Below are positions 38,201 through 53,200 of a stretch of 64,000 bases of DNA, one piece after another. Position 1 is the stretch's first letter; each line of letters starts with the position of its first letter. The notes below the pieces were generated by a model. It was not told the origin of the DNA, made no database searches, and was given only the letters and a program-made list of their open reading frames with translations. The translations under genes were made by a program, and so were the position numbers. Source of the stretch: Antedon mediterranea (Eukaryota > Animalia > Echinodermata); the NCBI RefSeq assembly GCF_964355755.1, contig NC_092672.1, positions 27,472,437-27,536,436 on the forward strand, in the 5' to 3' direction.

Positions 38201-41200
38201 GAACATTTATTACTGTGACTGTGGGTAGGCTCTACTGCTGGATATATAAACACATAATATACAAATAAAAACTTTATTACTGACAGTTGCTTCTCAACGT
38301 TTGTATATTAATTAATAATTATAAAAAATATAAACGTCGTAGTGGTGTATCGTTACATGTACTTTACTATTTCAATCTACTATAAAAGGGACAGAAAAAA
38401 AAGGTATTAAATCGTAAATGTTTTACTGTGTTTAGTGGTATATTATTAATAGGCCTTAATAGTTACTTTCACTTGTATATTGAACACCGAACAATAATCA
38501 TTATTATTATAACTATGCCTCGTGTATAGTATACAAATAATGAATGTTTATGAGTGCAATGGTACAAATAATGGCACGAGGTGAATGATGAAAGGTTATA
38601 TCAACGAGGCAAAGCCGAGTTGATATAACCTTTCATCATTCACCAAGTGCCATTATTTGTACCATTACACGAATACAAAACATTCATTATTTGTTTTATA
38701 TAACATCTAAATAACAAACAAAAATGTTTCAAAAAGTACTATTTAACGATCGTTGAATAGTGCGTACTATTGCACGCCATGTGACCCACATTCGTCCAAT
38801 CAAATGACAGGAATTTATATAGGTGTTATATAATATACAATACAGTAGGCATATTAACATCCCATACACTTTTCAATTTGAACATCTCACTCATTCTACT
38901 TACCGTGGGTCCATCCACTAACATAGCTGATATATTGAGATTCTTTGTAAATGGAATCTTGTTAGTACTTAGTTCACTTTGCCAGTTGTTGTTGAGGTTG
39001 ATGCGGAATACTTGATTGAATGGACCGGAATAAGACAAGAAACCAGTGGCAAGTAGAACATCACCAACCAACCTACAACAATTAATAATATATTTTAGTT
39101 ACAGTATGTTCAGACGGCCTTCGACTGATGTACAGTTGCACTGCATGATACATATGATGAGCGTCCACACAATGCATAGTACAAGGTGAATCACACCAAT
39201 TTCCTGAAGTAGCTTGCAATTTTGCCAGATGTGGAAAGCGCTGATTATAGTGAGCCGTAATTTATACATATTTACTTGCAAGACGCATCCATACATTCCT
39301 CAGTAGCACATTTACTGAGACTGCTCAGGAGTAAATTTTCTAGTATAGCAAGGTTGAAGTTTAGTAACATAACAATAATGAGCATCTTCATGGCTTACAA
39401 CAAATAAACTGCTAACTTCATATTCATATTACTTACTACTAGAGATCAAGATTATTTAGATGTAGCTTATTGTAAATTTTATTTTGAAAAATATATTCTT
39501 CATAGATTAAATATAATTATGTTTAATCAATACTATCACTAATGTTGGTAACTGACCGGTTAGTCTGTGATTTGAATTCTTTACTCTGTTCTGTCCATCT
39601 GATCTTTTCACCACCAAGGCCATTGATGAGAGCTGAAGCTGCTACCATCTTACGACGACAACTTTCTGCATCATCAAGTAAATCCTAATAAACATAAATA
39701 TTGATATAAATTAAAAGAGACATATGTAATTGATATCATGTTGAAGTAGGCAAATATCTTGAGGTGTTTATATTAAGTTTTCAATTTGCAACCACCAACA
39801 ACAAAAGTATGTTATGTTTTGTCATCAGTTTGCACATGTAGACATATTAAGACGCTCATCATCTCAATAGAGTTTTAATAAACATTAATTGACCTGACCT
39901 AGTTGGGTCGTCAGTTTTTGCCAATCAAAAGCTCCCTGTTAGTTATGTAAATATTATGATCAAATACAAGTACAAGATAACTTGTCTGGAAGAAGAGTCA
40001 TGGCTTAAACCGGTCATTACACCCAATTAAAGTTGCAAATAAAATTGTGATAACCTCAACCAAACACAGTAATTAAATGTGATATAACAGATAGTGTAAT
40101 CAAATTTGGGGAAACAAAATTCATTAATCATATTTGTAAATATTATTTCCCAAATTCTTATTGTACAGAAACAAGTATTTTGAATATCGATGTGAACGAA
40201 AAGTAGACCAAAGAGTGCAGATCTCGAAAAAGTTGCTCACCAACATAAACAAAAAACAAACATAAAATAAACAAACAAAACCAAATTGCAACAAACCTGT
40301 TTTAATTTCATGGCAGCATCAAACTTTGCTTGTACAAAATCCAATTCCTTTTGCTTTTCATCTAAGGTAGCCTGAGCTTCATTCAATTCCTTGGTTGCAA
40401 TGTTCAGTCTGCCTTCTTGGATAGCAAGACTTGCCTACAAAAAAACACAACACTGTTTATAATTACCTAATACTTAAAAGATTATACAGACACAAATGGA
40501 ACATGATTTACCAATCTTTTATAGTTTTATTGTAAGTTTTTTAATGTTTTTTTTATGAATGTTTTTTAATCTCTAAAAAACAGGACCATATGTAAAACAG
40601 GTGCAATCTATACCTGATAATTTTTTTATCCTGTAGTCAAACATAAAAAAAGAACAAATCTTATGCACTATTTTTAACCAGATTTTTCTTAAGGTCCAAA
40701 AGATCACAAATTAATTTTTACAAATAAAAACACATTCTGAATACCAGACTTTCCAGAAAACCAGACATATTTTGCCAGTCCAAAGATGTCTGGTTTTGGG
40801 AGAGTTAAACAATAGAACAAAGTTTGGAACCATGGAGCACACAAGGTGCACCGCAAGCTTTATATCAACAAATCAAAATAAAAATTTAATTGAATGAATG
40901 AAATTCTTATTTGTGTTTTAGTTCACCTTAAGTGGAAGAACTTCTTTATTGATTGTGAAAAAAAATGCCATAGCCTGTGTCCAGGAGCAGAGACCAGCTA
41001 CATCGCCACACACTTTCTTAGCAGACTCTAAGCTGTAGTCTTCCATGTCAAGGTATGGTCTGAGTAACTCTACTGTTTCCTCATTGATGGTGTCTTTTGG
41101 AAAGGTTTGTAAAGATGCCAAGAATCCAGAACCACTCATCAGCTATGAGAAGAAAAGGTATTCAATTAAATGTTTTTTTGCTATCCCCCTGGTTATTATT

Positions 41201-44200
41201 ATTTAGTATATTATATTAGCATTTGCTAGTCTGAAAAAACATTCTAGTAGTGGTGGGAACTATAAAGTAGACCTTCCATAGTAAAAGACAATGAACATGT
41301 TAGCTAGTATAAAGTGTGACGGTTTAACAAAATAGCTATCTATAAAATGAGAATTTCAAATGCACTTTTCTATTTTCTATTCCATTGTAACCAAATCAAA
41401 TAAAACATTTTAATGATAAAAATAAATTATACCTTTAAAGATTCACTCCATGACGGTTTAGGACAAGGCCTATCAGGATCCAAGCTATTAATATCAAGCC
41501 TCTTCTGGAATAGCAGCATCACACAGTCCATAATACGCATAATGAGATGAGGTGGTTTACCCAGTTTACGTACGGTAGATATATGAGATGGTTTGAGTGT
41601 GTTGAGAGCATTTTCAGCCTCTTCAAGAGCTGGTCTGGCTGCTTCTAACTTAGTCTCTGCTATTGTCTTATCTGCTTCGATCTCATCTACAATATGCTGT
41701 GCTTTATCTTTTACTTTCTGCACTGCATTCTTTACTTTCTCTGCTGCCTGTGCCGACACTGTTACCTCTGCCAATACCTACCAAATCAAGTGCAAGAAAA
41801 TTATATTGTAGATAATTATGATTTATTAAAATGTGTGTACATTTTTGGTGAATTGAATAATATACAAATCTAGGAGTACCATGCCAAACAAAGTATTGGG
41901 ACCAGATAGGCACATAGTAACAGTTGGGCTTATCATTTTTAATATTGTTCTTAGGATGGGGCTTGGTTAATGTTTATGGGCTGGTTACAAAATATTACTT
42001 TTTTCATATACCCACACACATCATTGAATGGGGAGAAGAGAACATTGTATGTAGTTCTGGGTTTAAAATTTTCTATTTCAAAATGAGCATCATTAAATAA
42101 AGCCCCCTTTTTAAAAAATAAAGCTGATTTATGTAAATTGCAGGCATTGTTTTTTATAAGGAAAAATGTATAATTAAAAAAAAAATAAATTTTACATTAG
42201 AAAATACAATTTTATTTCAATTAACCAGTTAACAATTGTAATTCTTATCTATAACATTATGAAAAACTTTTTTTTTTTGCCCTGGTATCAGAAAGTTTGT
42301 ATAGGGCGACTACATCATATCAAGAATTGAAGTGTGTTGTTTTGTTCGCCTTAGTGTTGATATCAGAATGTTTGTATAGGCCTACATCATATCAGTAATT
42401 GAAGTGTGTTGTTTTGGTGCCCTGGTGTTGATATCAGAATGTTTGTATAGGCCTACATCATATCAATAATTGAAGTGTGTTGTTTTGTTCGCCTTGGTGT
42501 TGATATCAGAATGTTTGTATAGGCCTACATCATATCAATAATTTGTTAATGATTAATGAACATTATGTCTATATTCTCTATTCTATTGCTTACAATTTGG
42601 TTGGGGTGCATTGAATTGATTATTCTTCATTGGAACTGAATGGTTTCAAACATTGTTTAAATTCTGTTGTGGCTAACTTCTCCCATTGTAGGCCTATATC
42701 TATTTTGAAACTATATTTTGTATTCTAGAATTATTCTAAATTTAACAATTATCATTAAAAAAAAATGTCCATATGACATTGAGACAGAGACACATTATAG
42801 GCTTTTGACTACTATTAAGAGGCCAGGTATTATATTTATGGGGAAAGAAGACCACTACATGTTTGAACAATCACTCCTCCCATTTCTATAGTTATTAAAT
42901 AGACTAACCTGTTCAGCTTTCACAGATGCCACAGCGAGTTCTTTCTCCTTGTCCACAAGTTCTAATGCAAGCTCAGCTACAGACTCTGTTGCCTCAATCA
43001 GTTTGTTTAAGCCTGTGTTCATACGCTCAGCCAATTCATTGATTAATGCGTGTTTCTCCTTGTAGATTGTTTTGTATCCTTCCAGAAAGGACAGGTATGA
43101 CTTTGGTGTGACATGTGTCTGCCGTCGATACCTTAAAAAAAATAAAGAAATTTACATTTTTGTACACGTTGCTAAAATCTAATCTAAGCCATTGTGTAAA
43201 AATGAGTGTTATCACAAATCCCACTCTGATCATTGCCTATACAAAAACTCATCATGATAATTATGTTTTATAAAATATTCAAAAAGTCATAATACAAACC
43301 CATTTTGCAGTGAGCTCTGTCTACACTATCCAAAAGTGTGATGTGCCCAAATACAGTAGTGATATGCCCAAATAAGGTAGTGATATGATGTCGTTGTGTC
43401 CATATGGAAAAATCACATTTTTCATTGTGTAAAAAGAGTAAAAGATCATACCTCTGGAAGTACTCAATGCAAATCTCAGCAACTCCATCATGAAACACTC
43501 CCATAGTGTTGACAACAGACTGCTTAGTCTCTGGTGTACATACAATATCAAAACTTGACAAGAAGTGTTGTGCCACAGCGACCAGAGCATCTTTAGGCCA
43601 GCGAGTGAACCAATCCATCGTACAGCCAGATATAAGTCCAGGAAATTTCAGGGAACGATTACGGAACTTTTCTCCAACCTTTAATAAAATGTACGCATTG
43701 ATGCTTAAAACTAAGAAATGTATTGTAGTACGTATTGAAGTACAGGTCTCAAATTAATATACAAATAATAATTTGTTAATGTTTATGAGAAGGATGAACA
43801 AATAATTTCATACAGTGAAAGATGAAACTCAATCTAGTAAAAATAAGAAAAACCTAAATGTCTGACACCATTATAGATATTCTTTATGTGTGCTGGAGGC
43901 CATTGTTCATTGAAATAAAAGAAGGAAAGGAACTATCTCTAATTAAAGTCTACTGTTGGAACCAGGGTTTGTATACTAATAGACCTAACTACTGTTAAAT
44001 AGCTTGACCCTATATTAACCAAGGCAGCATGTACAGTTAATCTTCACTGGCCTTTCTCTTGGTCACATACATATGATTTATTTTTGAGTTTCTATCTTAT
44101 AATGTTCATACAGCAAGAAAATATGAAAATGAACACATCATACTGCTTTTTGCTGATAATGTATTTAACTTACTGGTGAAAAGCACAATACCACATGTAG

Positions 44201-47200
44201 GTTGTTTCTAGCTCTTGAGATGAAGTAATCATACAAGTTATCTTGAGTTGGTGGATGTCTGGGAAATTCCTTCTTCATGACGGGAATCAACTCTTGCGTT
44301 ATCTCATCCAACTCTTCACGAGCAAATAAATTAGAGACCTAGAGAGAAAAAAATAAATAAAATACAGCATTATTATTAAAAAACAATAATATTTTTGCAT
44401 TAAAAAAAAATCTTTACATTCTGAAAATCATCCAATTCAAAAAAATGCTATTATTTTTTTCAACATAGTACACGTAATATTTGGACTGGGTCAGTGCTAT
44501 TTTGAAGTTCATATTTTAAATCATGAAGGTTAGTAGTCTTTCTTGTTACTCTTCCAAGAATTTACAGGGTTTTAAACTTGCAATATATTGTAACATTTAA
44601 AACAAAATATAAAGATTTTCAGTAGGTATAAAGAGCTAATGAATTAGCTTACCTCTCCAGAGCTGAGGACATTGTTGATATATTCTAAGAAGGCTTCATC
44701 CTTGACTTCATTATCAGTGAAGATGAATGTGATACCTTGGCCCTCACAACCAGCAACACGATACATGTACTTGAGATCATCCATCAAGTTCGTAACATTG
44801 TAAGACCTTAATTTTTATAGAATTTAATTTTAATAAAAGACATGTAATGTGATTAGGATAATACCTGTATAATTGCAATTTATAAGAACAGAAAGCAAAA
44901 ATAAAGATGAAGGAAAAAATATAAACCATAAAAAATTGATTTAGACAGGGCAATGCATGGTAATAAACATCAAATAAATTATATAATAATTTACTAAAAA
45001 AGATATATAATGTGATTAGGAAATAATATTGTTAATGTAATGTACGGTAATAGGCATAAAATAAATTGTAATTAATTTTAATTAAAAAAGATATAATATA
45101 ATGTGATATGGATAACATATTGCAGTTTTAAAGACAGCAACATTAAGAAGGAAAAAAGAATGAATTTAAACTATATAACTGATTTAGATGCGGCAATTAT
45201 GCATGACATTGTAAATAAAACATAATATAAATTGTATATTATATGCATTTCCAACACTGATATAGCCAGAATGGTGTTATTATACAATATTAGCAGCTAG
45301 CAAATCCCTGGAAGATAGACCAAATTATTGGTTGTGTTTTTTTTTTGTACAGTAATAATACCATCAGGTTTTCCACTATACTTATAGTAGCTAGTTGTTG
45401 CTATTTTGATAAACAATAGAAGATCAAAATCCCCATTGTTCACATAACTAATTTCAACAACTCCCAACTCTTCATCCCTTTACCCACTTCACACATTGAA
45501 CCTTCACTTACTTTATTCAATCATTTTCAAATCAGAGTAAACATTAACAGACAGAATTTAAGCAAACTAGAACAGATTAGAAAAAGACCTTTGTACAACA
45601 AAAAGCAATCACTATTTACATGATCATCAAACCCTTCTAAGGTACAGTACAATAGACAGTGTGAACTTTTTTTTTAAGTTCACTCTATTTTGACTGCTTT
45701 TGAGTATTGCTGTTGGAAATATCTCTAAATTCTATCCTTGTTAAATTACAATAAATTACTTGAAATAACTGTAAGTTTGTGTACCATTACGAATTGCACC
45801 TGCGGGCCAGTAGAAATATGAGCAGAATATTACGTGAAGACATGGATTCAATTGCAGATTCGTTTCTTAAAATGGCCCTGTCAGATAGGGATCTTCACAT
45901 TGCTCAACTTAGAGTTGAACAGAAAGTAAGAGATATTGCTTTTACAGAATTACCCTTAATATCCTACAGAGAATATTTGCAAGGGAGTTTTTATGAATCA
46001 ATGCCGAAAGCATTATGTGGAGATCAAGATTTAATGTTTAGTCAACCAATTTATCCAGTTGTATTGTGGCCATTTGAACCAGAAAAGATGCATCCTACAG
46101 GTGGATATGTAATAGCTGAGCAGAATGCAAAGCAACCAGTTTATTTCACACTTAAAGTACACAGCAACTGGCCTTTGGATGAGTCTTTAAAAGACATTGT
46201 TGATAAGAATGGTTACATTATGCCTGATGTTTTTATAAATAATGAATTTCATAAAGTTTATACACCATCTCAAGGAACGTATAGAAATCATGGTCCTTCA
46301 ATAGAACTTACCAGCAGGGACTTAGTATTAGTGATGGATCAACTATATTGTTTCACCTGCCAGTCATGGCCATTGCATTCAGAAGATTTTTTCAATAGAG
46401 AAAAACGAAATAACTGGCCAACACAAGCAATTCAAAGAAAGATGGCTAAGCTTGATTGTCTGGTAGTTGGTGTTGGACACCCAAGAAGTGCATCAAAAGA
46501 AATTGAATGGAGGTTATCATTTTCCCTTGCTGAAAAAGAACTCTGTTATGAACTTAGTGAACCATATGTTAGATGCATGTGTGCCCTTAAGGCAATAAAA
46601 TCTTCAAAGTACATTAATTTATTTAGTGAAGTCAAATCTGATTCACCAACACTATTCTGTTCTTATTTTATTAAGACAGCTTGCTTCTGGATGTGTGAGA
46701 CTTTTCCTCCTGAAGGTCATAGCACTATGGACTTGATTAGGAAGACACTTGATTGGCTGATAAAATGCTATGAAGAAAGTTACCTTCCTCATTATTTTAT
46801 TCGCCAACAAAATTTAATTGGAAATTTATCAAGGGAATGTTGTGAAGAAATGATAGTTTCATTGACAGCAGTTAAACAGAACCTGTGGTGCAATGTGATG
46901 TCAAGTATTGCAGCTGCAACTGGTGACATTATCAAAAACTCTTTTAGTTTCATATTGAACATCTCTGAAGAACCAAATAGTCCAAAAGACTATGCAAAAG
47001 TGGAATCTTTCCTACTAGCTAGCGTTAATAGGATTGAACAGATGAATAATGTTTTAACACAACTTATGGATGGTTTTGTCAGTTGCGCACGACTATTATT
47101 TTTAAATACATTAGTTTTTTCAGAATTTAATAGAATCATAGAGCATAATGGGGTTGATCCATTTGTAGTTCTTAAGCTTAAATTTGACAACATAATTGAA

Positions 47201-50200
47201 TCAGTCTTTGAGAATGATGACAACTTAGTACCAAATGGCTACACAAAATTTTTTAAGCATCATTTGTATTGCTGTTTAGGAGATGCTTATACAGCATTAT
47301 TGAAATGTTTACAAAGTAGGCCTACTGGGAGAAATGATTTGGGTGACTACCTCAATAAGCCATTGGAATATTATGAGAAAGGTTCAGATTTTGTGTACCC
47401 TGATGGATGGAGTGATCAGTGCATTGGTATTCAAATTAATGTCATTAAATATTACTATTTAATGAATGAAGAGGAAAAACTGAAAGAGAAGCTTGCCAAT
47501 TTTGAACCAGTACTTAGAAAAGTTAAAAGAGACAAAGATGTAATGACAAAACTAAGAAAAGTTTATGTACTGTGTGCTTCGCAAAATGAATTAGCTAATT
47601 GGCATAACATTGACAATGACCTAGACCTAGGTCTTGTTGTTAATGATAAAATATTTGTATTTAATCCAATTGTTTTCATATTTTATGTCAATGCAAAAAT
47701 ATCACTAAAAGATGGAGACATTTATAGAGCATATGCAAATTTAAATGAAATGAAGTCAAGTTTAACTGCGATTCCAATATTGGAAAGATACGATATACCT
47801 TTGCTAATTACGATTATTGAAAGGTTATTGGCTAATTGTTTATATAGATTTTGGTTCTTATTCAGAAATCTTTCCTAAATATAAAAGCTATGCAGTTGCT
47901 CTATGAGTACAGTGTGAATATACCTAATTGTTACCCTACTTATTCAAACTTATGGTTTATGTTTTGCATGTCTTTTGTTTTACAGTTTTATATATTAACT
48001 ATTTCTGCATGTATCTAGCTCTTTAGAGGCGTGTTTTTATGGCAATACCTATTGTTTGCCTTATACAGTTGAGTACGTATCGGCTGGTGCCTAGAAAAAA
48101 ATAATCGGATGTAATGTAAACTAGATTTAATTCGTCACTATGACGAATTATAGGTTATATGCATTGATTTAAATAAAGATAATTGATTGATTTAAGATAT
48201 TTTGATTGATTGATTTTCTCAGAATCTTTAGTTATTTATAATATATGATAGGATCTTGCTAACGCAAATACAATAGCCGGTATCATAATCCGATCAAAGA
48301 TCCTTCTGCGTATATAATGTCGTGAACCACATTTGTGTTTTTATCTAAATTTCATTATAAATCATCTGTATAATCTATACACTAAGAATACAATTGAACA
48401 AACAATACGGATAATAAAAAAAAATCTTATTTCGCTTCGTTTCCCAATGTGAGACTCGAACTCGGTACCTTGAATGCTATAGACACGAGAAAAGACCACC
48501 GAGCCATACACAACGGACTAAAAATTATGGAAAGATTCCTCCATGTATTTACTATGCAGTAACCACTTTGGTGCAGATAGATTATTACATACCGCAATGA
48601 ATTATAATGTTTTACTATGATGACATCTTTAAAGATTTTTAAAAATGATGCACTGTCAAACTATATACTTTTAACTTTAATATATGAACTTCTTAAAATG
48701 GACCTGAATGGATTTTCGATTTTTTTCATTTTAGAATGATGTTTTGGGGGCTATTAGGTGTTGCTAGAATGTATATTGTTACAAAATATAAATTGGCCCT
48801 TTTGGGGAAAGCCCCATTTGAAAATCAAAAAAATTCGCGGGTGACGTCACTTTGCGAATATATTCCTATCCCTCCAATGGAAAATTTGCAGTTTTTTGGC
48901 TATAACTCTTGAAATCTATGGAGTATTTTCTAAAAAATGCTTGTGCATTTGCAGAAACGTATTTAGAATTTTTTTAGATAAAATTATTACCGTATAAACG
49001 GTTATTCATCGAGAAAATGACGATTTAAAATCTTAAAATCAACGGTTTTTTTCTGGCAATACCGAAGTTGGCCTGGCAACGTTGTCCGGGATACAGCTCC
49101 GTGCGCAATGATGCGTATCCATATTTTCCGTTCGTGTATTTTGTATATCGTTCGTAATTTATACTGCTAAAATTTGTTAGTTTCTTTAGTTTTTAGTTTA
49201 GCAGAATTAAATTAGTAATATGAGATGATAATTTATTTGTCACGAATCAGGCAGTTTGAAAACAAATTTTATTCATATTTTACTTTGGCTTGACAATGAG
49301 CGCAGGAAGTTGTTGATATCGCTTTGGTCCTTGGATACACATGAAACGGAGCCTCGCCGCATGATGTGGGTGGTGGATCGACTCCGCGCTCTGGATTGGG
49401 GGCCTAGGCCTAGTAAAGGTTTGGGAGGTAGGCCTTCTAAATTTGGGTTTTAGAACAAACGAAGTATATTTTAGGGACCTATATTTCAACACCATTAGAT
49501 ATTGAATAAATTAGTATTAGTGTTCCAGGCTGTCGATCATTCACTGACTATCGGGCGGCATACACGCTCTCGATATCATCGTATGTATATGTGACGTCGT
49601 GAATATAGAGGCTTCCGACGGCCGTTGAAATAGAATATTGCAATGGCGTGAGTAATTTTCACTAATTTACCATGGTATCTTAAAATTTCGTTTTTACTCA
49701 AAATACTATACATTTTGTTTTTATTTGTGTGGGTTTGTGTTAATTTGATACATTTAAATAACATGTGTGAATTTCTTGAAAAACGAAATTCCATTTCAGG
49801 TCCATTTTAAGGAAGAAAGTTAATGTTAAGTTTGTTATTTCGGCCTAAGAAAATGTTATAATTTGTTTGATTGTCGAAATTAATTTTTGTAAATTTAATA
49901 TGCCATTAATGATGACTTAATCAACTTTTGTTCTCTTAATTTCATAATAAATCATACATATGATAAATACAGTACACTTCAAGAAAATGAAATAAAAAAT
50001 AGCTGTTCCCGAGCATTCCAACGATATATATTAATTTAAAAATTTAGCATATTTTCACCATTTTGTTAACTTATACGTGCGTAGCCAGTCACTTTTGACG
50101 TGCTCGTATAACGCAATTTCGAGTTGAAACGTGAATCAAATATGATATTATTAAAGATTGTAAAACAGAAATCGGGCAAAAAGAGTGCGCTTAACGCTTA

Positions 50201-53200
50201 AAATTGCCTGAAACGTACTCTAATTTCATCGAAAATAAATTTTGACAACTTTGAACATTTTAAGCGCGCGTACGCAAGCTTTATATGCGCTACGCACGTA
50301 ATTGTATTGCCATATGATGAAATATGACCTGAAATTTATGAGTACCAAATTTTGTTTAATTGTGATTCATGCTTGTGAAGATATGATTACAAACGTAAAA
50401 TCGCGCGTAGACCGCGTAATTTTTGATTGCACATCGTGAAAATATAACCACATCGATTCCTGGCCATAAGGAATATACTCTGAAAACTTGACTTGAATTA
50501 ACGGACAAAATAGTGCTAAGGAAAGAATAAATAAATAAATAAATAAAGATTTTGACAGAATCAAGAGGTTATATGCATGATAATGCATATAACCTTTACA
50601 GTACATGATACCATAGATATATAGTGTAAAATATTAATATTTACTAATGATGATGATACACTATACTTCACTGTATGAGTACGATACATGCGTCAATATC
50701 ATGTTACATCCAGTTATTTTTCAGGTGAAAATCGGCAATTCATTTGCAACTCATAGAAATTTATAGACATGTATCGCTAGTACGCTCATACAGGAATACG
50801 AACGAGTTTTACAAATTTTTCAATTTACGAATAACCTTTTGTACTGTGGGACATACTATGGGAGGATTTTAAGAGTATTGGGCATGTCTGGGATGGGGGG
50901 GTTCGCAGTTAAGGGGGGGGGGGGGGGGCGCCCGAAAAAAAAAAAAAAAACCCTGGCTACGGGCCAGTACACGCTTGCCTATGATAAAGTACCCAGTCAA
51001 CGTGATAGTTATAACTTGCACATGCTCAAAACATGAAATGATGTCAGGGTATAAAAGTCGACATAGTGGACGTGTAAATTGAAAAGTCCCTAATAATGTG
51101 TTTCTACTCTATTTTATTTCGACGATAAATGGTAGAAGAATTAAAATATTTATGAATTAATGGTATCAAGAGACTTGCAATTGATTAGTTTTTCAAACGG
51201 TGATGATTGTTAAATATAGACATGGATACAAACACCGAATGTAGCAGATAGTATTTAGTAATGATTTATGTTTAAAGCTGAAACTTGGGTCCATTAAGTC
51301 GTCAAGGTCAAAGGAATGACATGTGATGCATATATTAATTAACTAATCAAACTGCATGAATACAATCGTGTGTGTATCTATATTTATATAACAGTTTAAC
51401 ACCTAAATAAATTCCTGTCATTTGATTGGACGATTGTGGGTCACATGGTGCGCAATAGTACGCACTATTAAACGATCGTTTTAACACGTTCACTGCCACG
51501 GCGTATTTATACGTCAAAAATTGCGTGTCGCTACTTGCCAAGACGTAATACTACGTCAAAATCGTAGCACTTTTGTATTGTATGTAGAATCGCTGGCAGT
51601 GGTGATTGGAACAGGAATTATCGCATGGCAGTTTATGAATGATGTACGTAAACGATAATCTAAAAATAAATGTCATATGTTTGTTTGTGTTTATTCCCTC
51701 ATGCATTGAATATGGCGCCCTCACACTCAATATAATCATCTCAAACGGGACTTGGCACTGGGACAGAAATTACGGAAAATGCCTTGGCAGTCAATGTGTT
51801 AATAGTCCTTTTTTTCGTGTATGAAAAAAAAAAATCTGTTTGGCATTTTAAACAGATTTTTTTTATTCTATTGCTTTTGAAATACAACAGCGCCACCTAT
51901 TTTGTACTTTCGTTGAGAATCAATGTTATTGTTATGACTGGTTTAGTGATGGATACATTTTTGGAGAGATTTATTTTACATACGTTTGGTGATTGATGAG
52001 TTTTCTCGGCGCGGTTGAAATCACCGGGGCTCACACTGTAGATGATGGGTACTAATGCTAGTAAAATATAATATGCATTTAATACATATATTTTTTTGGG
52101 ATAATTTACTAAGGGTAGAAGAATTTAGTTTATAAATAAATTATTTTAGTTAGTGAATAATTTGTTTAAACTGTGATGATTGTTAAACATAGACATGTAT
52201 ACAAACATAGAATGTAGCAAAGAGTATGAAAAAAAAAAAAAAAAGGTGGTTGTGATATCAGCATGTGTACAGCAAACTATACTATTCTAGAGTACATGCA
52301 GTCATTCTGATTGATACATAACAATTTACAACTTACCCTTTATCCAAAACTGTTGAAAGTCAAAATATATTTTAAAATCTTATTATTACAAAAAGTCATC
52401 ATTTACATTTATAACATGTCTAAGTAGATTTTTGTCATTTGATTGGACGATGGGTCACATGATATAAAAATAGTTGTTCGTATAAAATTGAATACTGAAA
52501 TTTCATTTTGCGTCTTTGTCCTGTGTGGACGCCAGTTGATATAAACGTAATTACTGATGTATGTGGTTGGTTAATGTTAGTCCTGCCGCTACAATTACAG
52601 TTGTGGTACGTGAGTGCTGAGAAGCCGCCTCGTAAAAATATATGTTGTTGGGAATTGCGAGTTTGGTGTAAACCTCAGCAGACCACAGTGACTGTGTGTG
52701 TACGCGAATGCCGAGAAGCCGCCTCGCAATAATGTATGTTGGTGGGAATTCGAGTCCGGTGTGGACCCAGCAGACCACAGTGTGTGTACGTGAATGCCGA
52801 GAAGCAGCCGTGACAATATTTGCGCGTTGTGTTGTGGATTTTCATGGCCCGGTAGATTTGCTTGGAATGTACATGTGTGGTGTTTCGTTTACCATTGGTA
52901 CCAACGCAAAAAACGCAAGCTAGGCCTAGCCAAGGAAGAAAACTGGTGTGGACTGTCCGGTAGTGTCTGTTGTTGTTTTTTTTTGTGTTATTGAAATTTG
53001 GGTATTATTATCATTATTGTTTTATTTTGCTATTATTAATGTTATACATTCTGAAGTTTGCAAACTTATTAAAGATGAATACAAATGAATAAATTAGTAG
53101 AGAACTCGTATTATTATTACGCATTGTGTGCGATAAAACAACTTGGCCACTTTGTGACACCATTCAAAATGTAATGTTAACATGTTTACTATTAATTATT

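Noticed and set aside
36217-41811. Plus-strand ORFs such as 36217-36435 and 41593-41811
   Set aside because: They are antisense shadows of dynein coiled-coil exons.
42279-42543. CRISPR-like array
   Set aside because: The whole 71-bp unit repeats without variable spacers; an ordinary minisatellite with no cas genes.
45779-45817. ORF-track N-terminal extension of cGLR copy 3
   Set aside because: It begins at GTG; the ATG at 45818 aligns with the starts of the paralogs.
48440-48510. Functional tRNA gene
   Set aside because: A and B boxes are present, but I could not fold convincing acceptor and anticodon stems; treated as a SINE head. tRNAscan-SE would settle it.
52508-52994. Several overlapping short ORFs and repeat-spacer appearance
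   Set aside because: The ORFs arise from a degenerate GC-richer tandem repeat; the intervening sequences are homologous to each other and no protein motif is evident.
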